From: Octopus sinensis | Lineage: Eukaryota | Direction of reading: 5' to 3' | Length of the DNA: 64,000 nucleotides | Assembly: GCF_006345805.1 (NCBI RefSeq) | Contig: NC_042998.1 | Span: forward strand, 89,590,001-89,654,000 | In this document: positions 52,641 to 64,000 of the stretch, piece by piece | Layout of the letters: every line of letters begins with the position of its first letter | Numbering within the stretch: the stretch's first letter is position 1 | Program-made: the position numbers and the translations under genes | Notes under the pieces: model-generated | Databases searched by the model: none | Told to the model about the DNA's origin: nothing | What the model saw: only the letters and a program-made list of their open reading frames with translations

Positions 52641-53642
52641 TTAAACAAAAGAAAACATCTATAAGTAATATATATTGATTAACGGTCTTTGTTATAGATC
52701 ATCAATTTGTATTTTGGGAATAAGTGACAAATGATCCAGAAGCAGATTAAGGCCAACCGATATCCTTAACTACAGCTTAATGACGGGCATCCTACGACTC
52801 TTCCATTGTTTGACTGACAAGGTGTCAGGACATTAATGTTCAAAGTTGTATGATACATTAAAAATGCAGTTTTCTACCTGTCATTCCACTAGACCAAGCC
52901 CTATAACTATATTAAGTATAAACTATAATTCAAATTATATTTATATAACATTAATAACAGCAGGCAATATAAACAAATTATTTACTTATAGCTAGGCCTA
53001 GAAACAATGCAAATTTTAAACATAATTTTATTGAGTGCTGGTTCAGCTACATCCCTTCTCCTGGTGCTATAAGCAATCCTGTTATCTTTAATGCAGTTCT
53101 AGTGCTACTCTATTGTAAGTTAAATTTTTGAACAAGTTGGAATATTTTTCAGTGCTGGCAGTGAAAACAAAAGTAGAGTTTATCCGTATCTTTCTAGAAT
53201 ACTGCATAGTACTCAAGCTAACGAGATAGTTTCTAGGTGATCATTCAGCTTGCTAATTATAGCAGCTAAATATCCCTCCAATCATAACTTACTGTCTTAA
53301 AACAAGTAGAAAACATTGGATCCTGGTTATACTGATCAGGTACTCTATGTCGAGAAACAAAGTCGGGATCATTACAACTGGATAGTTCGTGATCATATAT
53401 TTGTTCAACCCGGCTCGACTTGGAGCTAAACAACAACACCACTGACTACTATGCAGCATCTGTTTTTCGATTCGACCTTTTGACTTATATATCAAAAATC
53501 TTGTCTTCTGAAAACCTTGTTTTGTATGTTGTATGTATGCAATCAAACCTCCATACAGAAGCGAAATGTCTTCGCTTCCTTCTTTCAATAATGTATACTA
53601 TAAGTAAAGTAATTAACAGATACATGCATTAAAATATATATA

Positions 53643-54044
53643 GGCGTAGGAGTGGCTGTATGGTAAGTAGCTTGCTTACGAACCACATGGGTCCAGTTTC
53701 AGTCCCACTGCGTGGCACCTTGAGCAAGTGTCTTCTACTATAGCCTCGGGTCGACCAAAGCCTTGTGAGTGGATTTGGTAGACGGAAACTGAAAGAAACC
53801 TATCGTATATATGTATATATATGTGTGTGTGTATATGTTTGTGTGTCTGTGTTTGTCCTCCCCCTCAACATCGCTTGATAACCGATACTAGTGTGTTTAC
53901 GTCCCCGTAACTTAGAAGTTCGGCAAAAGATACCGATAGAATAAGTACTAGGCTTACAAAGAATAAGTCCTGGGGTCGATTTGCTCGACTAAAGGCGGTG
54001 CTCCAGCATGGCCACAGTCAAATGACTGAAACAAGTAAAAGAGT
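53643..54044 (+). mobile_element. Family-B SINE, full length and young
   Basis: GGCGTAGGAGTGGCTGTATGGTAAG...GGCACCTTGAGCAAGTGTCTT...CAGTCAAATGACTGAAACAAGTAAAAGAG, within (TA)n. Confidence 0.93.
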
Positions 54045-54064
54045 ATATATATATATATATATAA

Positions 54065-54102
<38 letters not shown>

Positions 54103-54959
54103 GTGTGCGTGTAGCTGGATGCTGAAGTTAAGTTCATTAAGGGGCGTGAACGCTGTGTTTATTTAGGTTAGATAACTTGCTTAGTAAGTATATTTGAGTT
54201 GGAAACGTCAATGTTAGCTTAATAGATTGTGGTATTTATTGAAGATATCAAGTTATCAATTACTTTATTAATATTGTTTTTGTCTTTCCTGCTGTACTCT
54301 ATACTTCGAGAATCATATCTATTCTTCTCGCCGATAATCCCAGATAAACGCCGCACACCGGTGCATCTTATAGCAGCAGAGAACTTCAAATAAGGAAGAT
54401 TCCCTTGTCACCGCGTAGCAGGATCTAATATTTGAGTTTTGAATTTGCAGTATTAATATTTTGTTCCTTTACCACCCCTCGCTATGTCTTGCAAGCACAC
54501 GCGGACACGCACACACACGCACACACACATACACACGCACACAAACACACACACACTCACACACACACACATCCGCACACTCACTAATTTATCCCTACAC
54601 CTTTTTTTCTTTCCCACCACATTCCCTCTAATATATATCTAGATGTGCTGGTTAAGAAAATACGTCATTACAATATCAGTAATGATTTTATCTTTATGAA
54701 ATCCACCCTTGACTTAAGTAGTTTAGGATGAATCTCAAAAATATCCTCCTACCTCAAGCCCATTACACCAATGCTGGTCGTGTTTTTTATGCTTTTTGTT
54801 TTTGTGCTTGTTGTATTTGCTTTAATTGTAGTTGAATAATTTATCTTTAATCTATTTAATTTTCTCGGTTTTTATTAAATTCTGGGTCAGAAAAGAATAT
54901 ATTTTGCACTAATACAATTAGTTTTTACATGTATAACATATTCTGGAGGCGAGAGTTTG

Positions 54960-55055
54960 GTAGTGTTTGAATGTTTCACGTGACAGTCAGTGAGCAAAGA
55001 AGAGAATTTCGGAAGGGAGGAGTTCGGCGGAAGTACTGAAATAGTGGTCAGTTTA
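54960..55055 (+). promoter_or_regulatory. Promoter-like island
   Basis: E-box TCACGTGAC (54976), ETS-like GCGGAAGT (55027) and Inr-like TCAGTT (55048) within 80 bp, just upstream of a good-context ATG. Confidence 0.35.
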
Positions 55056-55097
55056 AAATTTACTTAAGATACGTTGTGGTTGTTTAGAAGTGGGAAC

Positions 55098-55207
55098 ATG
55101 AGTAAAGTGAAGGATCAGTACAGTCTCATTAAGTTTGAAGAAGTCGAGCTGACTGTATCACAGAAGTTAAAAGGAAAATATGACTTGACTGAGTCTATAA
55201 ATATAAG
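55098..55207 (+). CDS. Candidate first coding exon; product unknown
   Basis: AACATG context with an in-frame stop upstream. Reads MSKVKDQYSLIKFEEVELTVSQKLKGKYDLTESINI, then donor AAG|GTGATT in phase 2. Confidence 0.35.
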
Positions 55208-55980
55208 GTGATTAACGAAGCGAATTAATGATAGTTTCATTAATTAGAAAAGAACACAGTAATGGAATATACACTTTAACCAATAATAATAAACGACAAT
55301 AATACCTAGACTTAATACCAGATCCATGGCTCACAACTTTCCCCAAGTCTGCAATTTTCATCTCTGAACAAAAATAACCAAAATAACAGATCAAGAGTTG
55401 CGTTAGAAAGTCATTTACTTTAAAGTACACAGTAAAGTGTTTCTCGCTGTTCGTTCGCCAGAGATTTAGTTTTTCTTCTTCGGCAAGACTAAATAGTATT
55501 TTCTGCTTTACGTCATCTCTATTCGTTAGACATATAGACACAGAATATTTTGATAAAGAGATTAATTTATATATTTAAATTATTCAATGCCATAACGCAG
55601 CGAAGACACAATAGCTTCGCCTTTTAATGATCGAAAGTATCAATCAGTGTGTGATCAGCCACCTATGGATCTTCAAAATAGAAAAAAGCTCACCAAGGAA
55701 AGTTTTATTTATGCAACTTCCTCATCGCAGCTATCAAGCATCTCTCAACCCCCACCGATACGTAATGGGGATACTAAGATAGAAACCACATGTTTTATCA
55801 ATATAATAACATCCTGCCTCGTTGAATTAATATATTAATAGAGAGTCAGGGATTTAGAAGAGAGAGTATAATCAACTTCAATACATGACGGGTACGTATC
55901 TTATCAACCCCAGATGGATGAAAGACAAAGATAATTCCACTTAGATTTGAACAGAGAACGTAGGGAGACATCTTTAAGTA

Positions 55981-56399
55981 TCTTTTATCTTTAACTTGTC
56001 TTAGTCATTAGACTGCGACCATACTAGGTCATTGCCTTGAAATATTTTTAGTTGAATGTACCGACCACAGTATTTATTTTTTTAAAGCCTGGTACTTATT
56101 CTATTGGTTTATTTTGCTGAACCGCTAAGTTATGGGGACATAAACACACCAGCACTGGTTGTCAAGCGGTGGTGGAATGGTACAAACACAGAACCAAAAC
56201 ACACACACTCACACAAAGATATAGAAACACATATAAACGACGGGCTTCTTTCAGTTTCCATCAACCAAGTCCGCTCACAAGGCTTTGGTCGGCCCAAGGC
56301 TATGGTGAAAGACACGTCCTCAAGGTACCACGCAGTAGGGCTGAACATCGAGCCATGTGGTTGGGAAGCAAGCCTCTTACCACACTCCTCTCCTCATAC
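55981..56399 (-). mobile_element. Family-B SINE, full length
   Basis: Tail TTAGTCATTAGACTGCG...CTGAACCGCTAAGTTATGGGGAC, head CCATGTGGTTGGGAAGCAAG. Confidence 0.88.
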
Positions 56400-57404
56400 T
56401 TAAGAATATCTGAGAATAACAGCAATAATGATCATTTCATTTAGATATAGTTGGCTCAAGAAACGGATGCCCATGATCCAGGATCAGTTCATCTGGTATT
56501 GTTACATCGCCCGCTTAAATGTTAATGAAATGTTGGATTTGAGCGCATAACCAAGAGGGATTAAATGTATGTATACAGACATCTCCGTAGCTCTTAGCCT
56601 TGATATTATAACTACCAATATTATTAATAGTGTTCAGCATGTGGACTCAATAATAATTGTCGGTCTCCATATGGTCTTAATATTAACACTTTTTCAACAA
56701 TTGTTTCTTTTCTCGCAGAAGAATCACGAATTATTTTACTGTTTATATGTTATCAACAATTAATCTCATTTCTAAAGTAGGGTAGGATAAAAATATTCCT
56801 CAATATTACTTCTATTTTTACACCTTATTTTGATATCGATGCCATATGTCTTTGTTTCATACACTGTTGAATCATAAGCTGGCTAAGTTGGGACGTTATA
56901 CTTTCCAAAACACATATATTGTATTCTGCTTCCGGATATAACGCTTCGTTTTAAATACATCATCCAGCTTTGCACCTACTATCTAACTCCTGGTTCTTTG
57001 ATATTGCTGCAGTGTTTTTAATCTTATCACAGTTGACTGTCTACGCTATTTAGGTTATAAAGGAATCTTTTAAAAATCAGATGTTTATGTGTAACACGTC
57101 ATCGTTTCATATTAAGAAAAACTGTTCGTTATAATAAACCCTATGGGAGTGAACTGCAAAATTATTATATTCTGCACCTACAGCTGAAAATAATATTAGT
57201 TAGCATGTATCTATGTATATTGTTTAAGGTACAATAACGCATGTATTATATACATCTTCCTGTGCTGTCAGTTTAAATATTTTGTTGGACATTGAAATGA
57301 TAATTAGACAGTTACGCAGGTGAAAACATTTAATTATTATAACAATAAAATATATTAAGATATGGCAAAAGAAAATATTAATATCATTTTCATCTGCAAG
57401 TCCG

Positions 57405-57941
57405 GAAGATAAGAATTTTGCAAACGAAATGCTGCTAAGCATTTTGCCCGGCATGTTAACAATTCTGCCAGTTCGCTGCCTTAGTAATAATAATAACTCT
57501 TTCTAATATAGGCACAAGACCTGAAATTTGAGGGAGGGGGTGGGTCGATGTAATCGACCCCAGTGCTCAACTGGTACTTGTTTTATTGACCCTAAAAGGA
57601 TAAAAGACAAAGTCGAATCTGGCGGAATCTGAACTTAGAACGTAACGACGGACGAAATACCGCTAAGCATTTTGTCTGACGTGCTAACGAGTCTTCCAGA
57701 TCGCCGCCTTAATAACAATAATAATAACCCTTTCTACTGCATGCACAAGGCCTGAAATTTGGGGGTACGGGATGAGTCGATTACATCGAACCACTAAGCA
57801 ACTGGTACTTATTTAATCGACCCCGAAAGTATGAGAGGCAAAGTCGACCTCGGCGGAATTTGAACTCAGAACCTAAAAACGGATGAAATGCCTCCAAACG
57901 TTTTACTGAGTGTGTTAACGATTCTGCCAGCTTGCCGCCTT
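57405..57941 (-). mobile_element. Tandem family-A short-tail SINEs separated by (AAT)n
   Basis: A head fragment at 57405-57482, and full copies at 57497-57710 and 57727-57941. Confidence 0.88.
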
Positions 57942-57948
57942 AATAAGG

Positions 57949-57990
<42 letters not shown>

Positions 57991-57992
57991 TT

Positions 57993-58331
57993 ATGGCTTC
58001 TGATCTTAACTGATTGGAAGTGTTATCATGTACATTGTTTTGTCTTGGTATAAAAGATGGGCTACAGCAAATATTCTGCTCAATACCACACATTTGCTTG
58101 TCAGTTGTTTGACTTTCACTAGTTGAGCATGTCCCTTAGTGGCTGACGATATGTGCATCTCTGATCACGAGCAGAAGTAGTGGGGGAGCATCATAGCCGT
58201 GTGTTGAAAGGGATTCTTTGGGGTTTGAATAATTCACCTCTGGAAACATGGGTGTTTCGTTCAACATCCGTAAACAACCCTTATTCAGGGACCTTTCGTG
58301 TGGGATGGGTTACTCGACCTGAAGAAAATTC
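57993..58331 (+). mobile_element. Family-D retroelement segment, 3'-truncated
   Basis: Near-identical to about 34428-34770 and preceded by (AAT)n. It is fused at GAAAATTC|GGCGGAATTT to a minus-strand SINE. Confidence 0.88.
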
Positions 58332-58900
58332 GGCGGAATTTGAACTCTGAACGTTGCAACGGGCGAAATACCGCTAAGTATGCTAGCGATCCAGCATGCT
58401 AATAAAAATAATCTTTTCTATTATAGACACAAGGCCTGAAATTTGGAAGAGGGGGATAGTCGATTACATCGACCCAGTACTCAACTAGTACTTAATTTAT
58501 CGACCCCGAAATGATGAAAGGTAAAGTCGACCTAGGGGCTAAACACAGAGGGAACAAACAAGGACAGACACACGGATTAAGTCGATTATATCGACTCCAG
58601 TGTGTAACTGGTGCTTATTTAAACGACCCCGAAAGGATGAAAGGCAAAGTCAACCTCAGCGGAATTTGAACTCACAACGTAACGGCAGACGAAATACCTA
58701 TTTCTTTATTACACACAAGGGGCTAAACACAGAGGGGACAAACAAGGACAGACATATGTATTAAGTCGATTACATCGACCCCAGTGCGTAACTGGTACTT
58801 AATTTATCGACCCTGAAAGGATGAAAGGCAAAGTCGACCTCGGCGGAATTTGAACTCACAACGTAACGCAGACGAAATACCGCTAAGCATTTCGCCCGGC
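58330..58900 (-). mobile_element. Family-A SINE fragments and multimer
   Basis: Repeated cores GAAAGGATGAAAGGCAAAGTC(G/A)ACCTC and the AAATAG|GTATTT junction at about 58697. Confidence 0.9.
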
Positions 58901-58902
58901 TT

Positions 58903-58903
58903 G

Positions 58904-58944
<41 letters not shown>

Positions 58945-59011
58945 CATTATTATTATTATATTATTATTATTATTATCATTATTATTATTATTATTATTAT
59001 TAATAATAATA

Positions 59012-59062
<51 letters not shown>
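58903..59062. repeat. Inverted microsatellite (ATT)n followed by (AAT)n
   Basis: The strand switch lies at 59000/59001. Confidence 0.92.
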
Positions 59063-59063
<1 letters not shown>

Positions 59064-59459
59064 GAAAATGGCGTTTCGTGTATTATACATACATTCATAT
59101 TTCTTTGCACGCATACATAAAAAGACAAAGGCAAACATACATAGATTCCCACTGTGTGTGTGTGCGTGTGTGTGCGCGTGCGTGGGTGCGTGCGTGTGTG
59201 CGTATACACACGGAAAGTGTGTTTGCTCCATGTTTGTCTAAAAGTTGCAAAAACAAAACAGTTTATGTCACGTAACTTAGTAGTGCATCAGTTATTGTCG
59301 GTAAGTACTTGACATTAAAGTAAGTACTACGGTCGATATAACTGACTAAAATCCCTGTAGCGCGATAGTGTCAGTAAAAGACTGAAAAAAAAGCAGTATA
59401 TCATGTATTTATACATGTATTCCTGAATATACAAATTAGCTCATCTATATCTACACACA

Positions 59460-59540
59460 CTCGCACTCACTCATTCACTCCCTCACTCACTCACTCACTC
59501 ACTCACTCACTCACTTACTCACTCACATATTCATTCACGC
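59460..59540. repeat. (CACT)n microsatellite
   Basis: Directly visible. Confidence 0.9.
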
Positions 59541-59765
59541 ACTACACCTTTATCTTCTACACAGTTTAATCTGAAAACCAAAGTATCAACAATGAACACA
59601 TGCGCTTATAAATGCAAGGGAGGTAACTCCCATTGCTAATTTGCGTTCTCTGTAGTTTATCCTGAGTTAACTTTCTTACTTTTACTTGCCCCTAGCTTAT
59701 ATATTTAAAGACATTTTTTTTCGTAACTCGTAATTATATACCACTAGACACACACACACATACAC

Positions 59766-59798
<33 letters not shown>

Positions 59799-59907
59799 TG
59801 TATGTATGTATGTATGTATGTACACATACACAAAAGCACGCATGCACAAGACAGCGGATTTGTTAGTTATAGCGTCAGGTAGAATACATTTTGATATTCT
59901 TTCCAGC

Positions 59908-60114
59908 GGCGAGCAGGCAGAATCGTTAGCACACAGGGCAATATGCTTAGCAGCGTTTCGTCCATCTTTACGTTCTGAGTTCAAATTCCCATGAGGTCGA
60001 CTATGATTTCATCGTTCGCGCTCAATAAATTAAGTACCAGTTAGGCACTAAGGTCGATATAATCGACTCACCCCACCTCCTAAGCTGCTGGCTTTGTGCC
60101 AAAATATGAAACCA
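59908..60114 (+). mobile_element. Family-A short-tail SINE with a 14-bp TSD
   Basis: ATATTCTTTCCAGC at 59894-59907 and 60115-60128. Confidence 0.92.
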
Positions 60115-60199
60115 ATATTCTTTCCAGCTCTCGACACTACGATTTCTAATTCTGCTGTGCTCCATTTTATTATTAATCTTTTTTATTGAACCTTTCTAG

Positions 60200-60318
60200 G
60201 TCGATAATAGTAATTACCAGCCCGACTATGGAAGAGTTCTCTCTTCCTCCAGCTGTAACACTTTGGATATCCTGCTTGATCAACATTCAAAAGGGAGTTT
60301 GTGTCAGCTCACAGTTAC
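60200..60318 (+). CDS. Candidate internal exon
   Basis: Acceptor TTTTTTATTGAACCTTTCTAG| and donor TAC|GTAGGC. A GC-richer 119-nt island that is open in two frames. Confidence 0.25.
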
Positions 60319-62327
60319 GTAGGCATTTAAAACAATTAATGAAAACATAGTCCATTCTATTGAATATTTTTTTACTTACGGGAGTGTTATTTATACATAG
60401 ATTCTTAGATAAATGTGTGAGTGTGCGTGTATGTGTGTGTGTGTGTGTGTGTTAGTGAGAGAGAGAGTTTGTGTGTGTATGTCCGCGCGCGTGCGTGTGT
60501 GTGTAAAAGGTATCGTATATCAATATGTATGTGTTCCTTTATACTCAGTAGTATATAGGAATTTGCGTGATCATATTGAAAAGACACACGCGTACCCTCA
60601 CTCACCTTTCTTTAAGATATGTATATTCGCGTGAATGTAATAAAAAAAAACATACAAATTAATTATAGGAAAATAATTATCAGTAAATCCTTTTTCAATC
60701 AAATTTATAATGTTACAGCATAGTTCTAGTGTCGTAGAGTGGCTGGGATATAATTTGACTGGGAAAGTAAAAAAAAACATCGTTTATATATATATATATA
60801 TATATTAAACATATTATAAATATATTTTAAAATATATTTATAATACATTATATATAAATATATGGGCTGATTACAGAGTGCTCATAGAGAGCCTAGGCGA
60901 TAAAATATAGAGTAGAAAAAACTGAAAACAGTTTAGGCAATCAAAAAGATTCCCTAACGCATAAATGAAATCATCCAACCACAGTAGATGAAGCATATAT
61001 ATTTATACACATCAGTATAGATCATGCGTGTACAGGCATAAAGATTCTCCAACAGTATAAAAAATATAGAACCAAACATACAGAAAGATAAAGAAGATAT
61101 ATAAAAATACATATTAAATTACATACAAATAAAAATTACATGTAAGGAGTTATGTGTGATAAATATGGGAGGTGCAAAATGAGTGAGTGGTTGACATACA
61201 TACATACATACATACATACATACATACATACATACATACATACAAACATGTGTGTGTGTATCAGTGTGTTTGCTCTAGTACTTTTCATTAATAAGTAGTA
61301 TTCTCAAGAAGATGAGGGAGTCTCTACGTTGTAGCTGGGCCTGTTAATAATACTAGGCAAATCATTAACTACTGCCGTAAAAAAAGGAAAGCTACATTAG
61401 AACATTTACTTCTAGATAACTCTAACAGATAGGAAGGATGTGCTTTGATCATGGAATTGCTCGTCCATGGTTGATACTTGGCTACACAACATGTAACGTT
61501 CTAAATTCGCCCACTGAGCTCTAGTGACACTATTAAAATTTTTCAGATTTATGGTGATTCCCAAGATAATAATAAAGTCATTTCTCGTTGAAATAGCCTA
61601 AAGTTATTTTTGATGTCAATAAGTCAAGCTATAGAAAAAATTATTTATAAATTCATCGCGTTGATACAACTGCGAACTATATTTTTCATAGCTCCTACTT
61701 ACATTAGGTCAAGTCATTGGTAGTTAAGTATCATTAGTTAACTAAAACACTTATATATGTTTAGACGTATTGCTTGTAATTGCTTTTGCGTTAAATGTGT
61801 TAACACCAATATATAGTTGTGTGAGTATGGCGTCATAGAATCATTTTCCTTTTTCCCTACGTCGAAAATAGTACAACTCTATATAAAAGTGGTCTTTTCA
61901 TCACAAACCCCACATTTACGGTGAAAGTGAAACCACGTTGAAGAAATCAGAATAATACCGAAACATGTCCAATGTTGCCTCCTATAATTGGTGGGAAAAT
62001 CAAAATATTATTCATTGACAAGCATTGTTTGTGTTTTGTTTTCTTATTGCATAAATATTTTTAGTTAACTGCTGAATGACCCATCAATTAAATATGTTAA
62101 CATTAACCCAGGAACAGAAAACTGTTATAGTTTCGTATTCAAATTTTATTACACGTAATTACAAACCGAACATATATACTCACGCTCAATCATGCACGTT
62201 TTGTATCTCCCTTTTTATTACTCTTACGTTTTCCAAATACCCTTACAAATAAATGTGTGAGAAAAATAAGTTATTAAACAAATCTATCATCGGTTTGTGG
62301 CCATAAGATATATGCATGAGTATATAT

Positions 62328-62757
62328 ACTCTTTTACTCTTTTACTTCTTTCAGTCATTTGATTGCGGCCATGCTGGAGCACCGTCTTTTAGTCGAAGAA
62401 ATCGACCCCGGGACTTATTCTTTGTAAGCTTGGTACTTATTCTATCGGTCTCTTTTGCCGAACCGCTATGTTACGGGGACATAAACTCACCAACATCGGT
62501 TGTCAAGCGACCGGAGGGAGACAAACAGACACAAAGACAGACACACATATATACATATACATATATATATATATATATGACGGGCTTCTTTCAATTTTCG
62601 TCTACCAAATCCACTCACAAGGCTTTGGTCGGCCCGAGGCAATAGTAGAGGACACTTGCCCGAGGTGCCACGCAGTGGGACTGAACCCGGAACCATGTAG
62701 TTGGGAAGCAAGCTTCTTAATACACAGCTTCTTACCACATAGCCACTCCTGCGCCTA
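62328..62757 (-). mobile_element. Family-B SINE, full length, with a small internal duplication in the head
   Basis: CTTTTACTTCTTTCAGTCATTTGATTGCGGCC...CCACATAGCCACTCCTGCGCC; AGCTTCTTA is repeated at 62710-62735. Confidence 0.93.
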
Positions 62758-64000
62758 CACATCTATGCATGCATATACACGGGCGCACACACACTATAAA
62801 GTTTTCGACATTATAAAAATATATCGACCTAAAAGAGAATTGTATTACCCACAGAGAATTGAGTAGACGTTGTACAAAATTGTGTATTGCTTTTTGCACT
62901 CGCAATTTTAAAACCTCCGTCAGTATCTATGGAAATTTAATCTCCTTGCAATTCAATTAATATTTAAGCTTTCTGTGCGGGTCGTTGAGATTTATATACG
63001 ACTTCTAATACACTATAAGGCTATATGGTCTTCGTACTATTTATTTTAAAACAGAGATGAGAAAAAGTCTCACTCGCTAACGATTTTGCTTGTGTCTTCC
63101 AATTTAAAGCAAATCACTGACGAAGGTTAAGTCTCAACAGCAAAAAATAATGTAATACCATTTTCATATCTGTATATTTGTAAAATTAAATGTTTATTCT
63201 TGTTTTTTTTTCTGTGCAGATGTGCCTATGTTACCTTGAAACTAAAATAGTTTTACGCCTTTGGTTTAAAACGCTGTGAACGCATAACCGAGAAGCATAA
63301 ACTCACTCTCTTTTCAAAGCGAGTTTATGTTGATTTATGATGCTTTATAACTGAAATTTGAGCATTTGTTACACCGGGTTCAAGTTCGATGAAAATGAAA
63401 TTACACATTTTAGGCCATGGTTTTGAAAACCCCGATTAGTTATATTGTAAGATATTTAAGAAATTAAAGTATTCTCCTAATTATAAACTCTTAGACTAAT
63501 CAATTTTTTTAGTATTTTCTAGTACATGATAGTTGAAGAGAATTGAGACGACCCTACTCAATCGAACAACATACCTCCGTACTTTTATTGCATGGAACAT
63601 ATCTTTAAAACTTCGTGAACGAAATAGAAGAGCGATGTCTGCGAGCATTAGATATAACAGTGTCAAAATATTCAGTGACAAGATAAAATGTTTTAAACCT
63701 ATCAGTTTCGGTTTCAGAAAGAAATGTGAGCTTTTGATATTTCTCATGAAATACTTTATCGAGTGAGTAAAATCTGAACGATACAAAAGCAACAAATATA
63801 TAACCTCTTCAATTCAGAACACTAGCCACATTTCTGGACAGGAAAAATGAGGGCAACTATTTGAAACGCGTAAAGCGTTACTGGAGAGATACATATGATT
63901 CTTTTATTTTCTTACTTCTTTTTTAACAAATACGGAATTCACTGTTGTCCTGTTGGCTTTTCACAAATGTGTAAGCATATGTGTGTGTGTGCGTGCGCAT

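Noticed and set aside
53289-53588. Minus-strand ORF with an apparent acceptor and donor
   Set aside because: It overlaps a degenerate dispersed repeat (GTTGTTTAGCTCC...TGATC) that also appears near 9340 and 61440-61495.
55212-55541. Minus-strand ORF with RDDVKQKILFS and KIADLG, superficially kinase-like
   Set aside because: Motif spacing is wrong, splice phases needed to fix it are incompatible, and no other kinase subdomains are nearby.
61935-61975. TTGAAGAA...CCGAAACATGTC, a possible second hammerhead
   Set aside because: Stem III (ACATGT) fits, but stems I and II cannot pair; at most a decayed relic.
63496-63795. Overlapping ORFs on both strands, one hydrophobic and GPCR-like
   Set aside because: No extension beyond 99 aa and no diagnostic motif. 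The best + acceptor leads to stops in all frames.

Overview
AT-rich eukaryotic genomic DNA, almost certainly coleoid cephalopod and probably Octopus. That call rests on the dominant tRNA-derived SINE families and dense microsatellites; the family names used here are from memory, not a database search. No complete protein-coding gene can be supported, and most ORF-track entries are microsatellite or repeat read-through. The window is intronic or intergenic and packed with mobile-element relics: (1) more than 20 copies or fragments of a tRNA-SINE (family A), including headless tandem multimers; (2) CORE-type SINEs (families B and C); (3) a 2.3-kb DNA transposon remnant with about 680-bp imperfect TIRs and a transposase-like last exon; (4) a 136-bp CACTG MITE; (5) a non-autonomous Helitron with a nested SINE; (6) a foldback mariner built from two 5' ends; (7) a full-length dead DD37D (maT) element; (8) fragments of Tigger, CR1-like and L1/Tx1-like elements; (9) an (AAT)n-associated retroelement 3' end; and (10) a Penelope-like direct-repeat unit carrying a minimal type-I hammerhead ribozyme with a non-canonical CUGUCGA core. 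The best leads are the variant hammerhead and its 481-nt unit, the long-TIR element, a textbook recursive-splice motif at 40124, and a composite SINE trimer enclosed by one TSD. Several weak candidate exons and one promoter-like island hint at host genes that cannot be identified from sequence alone.
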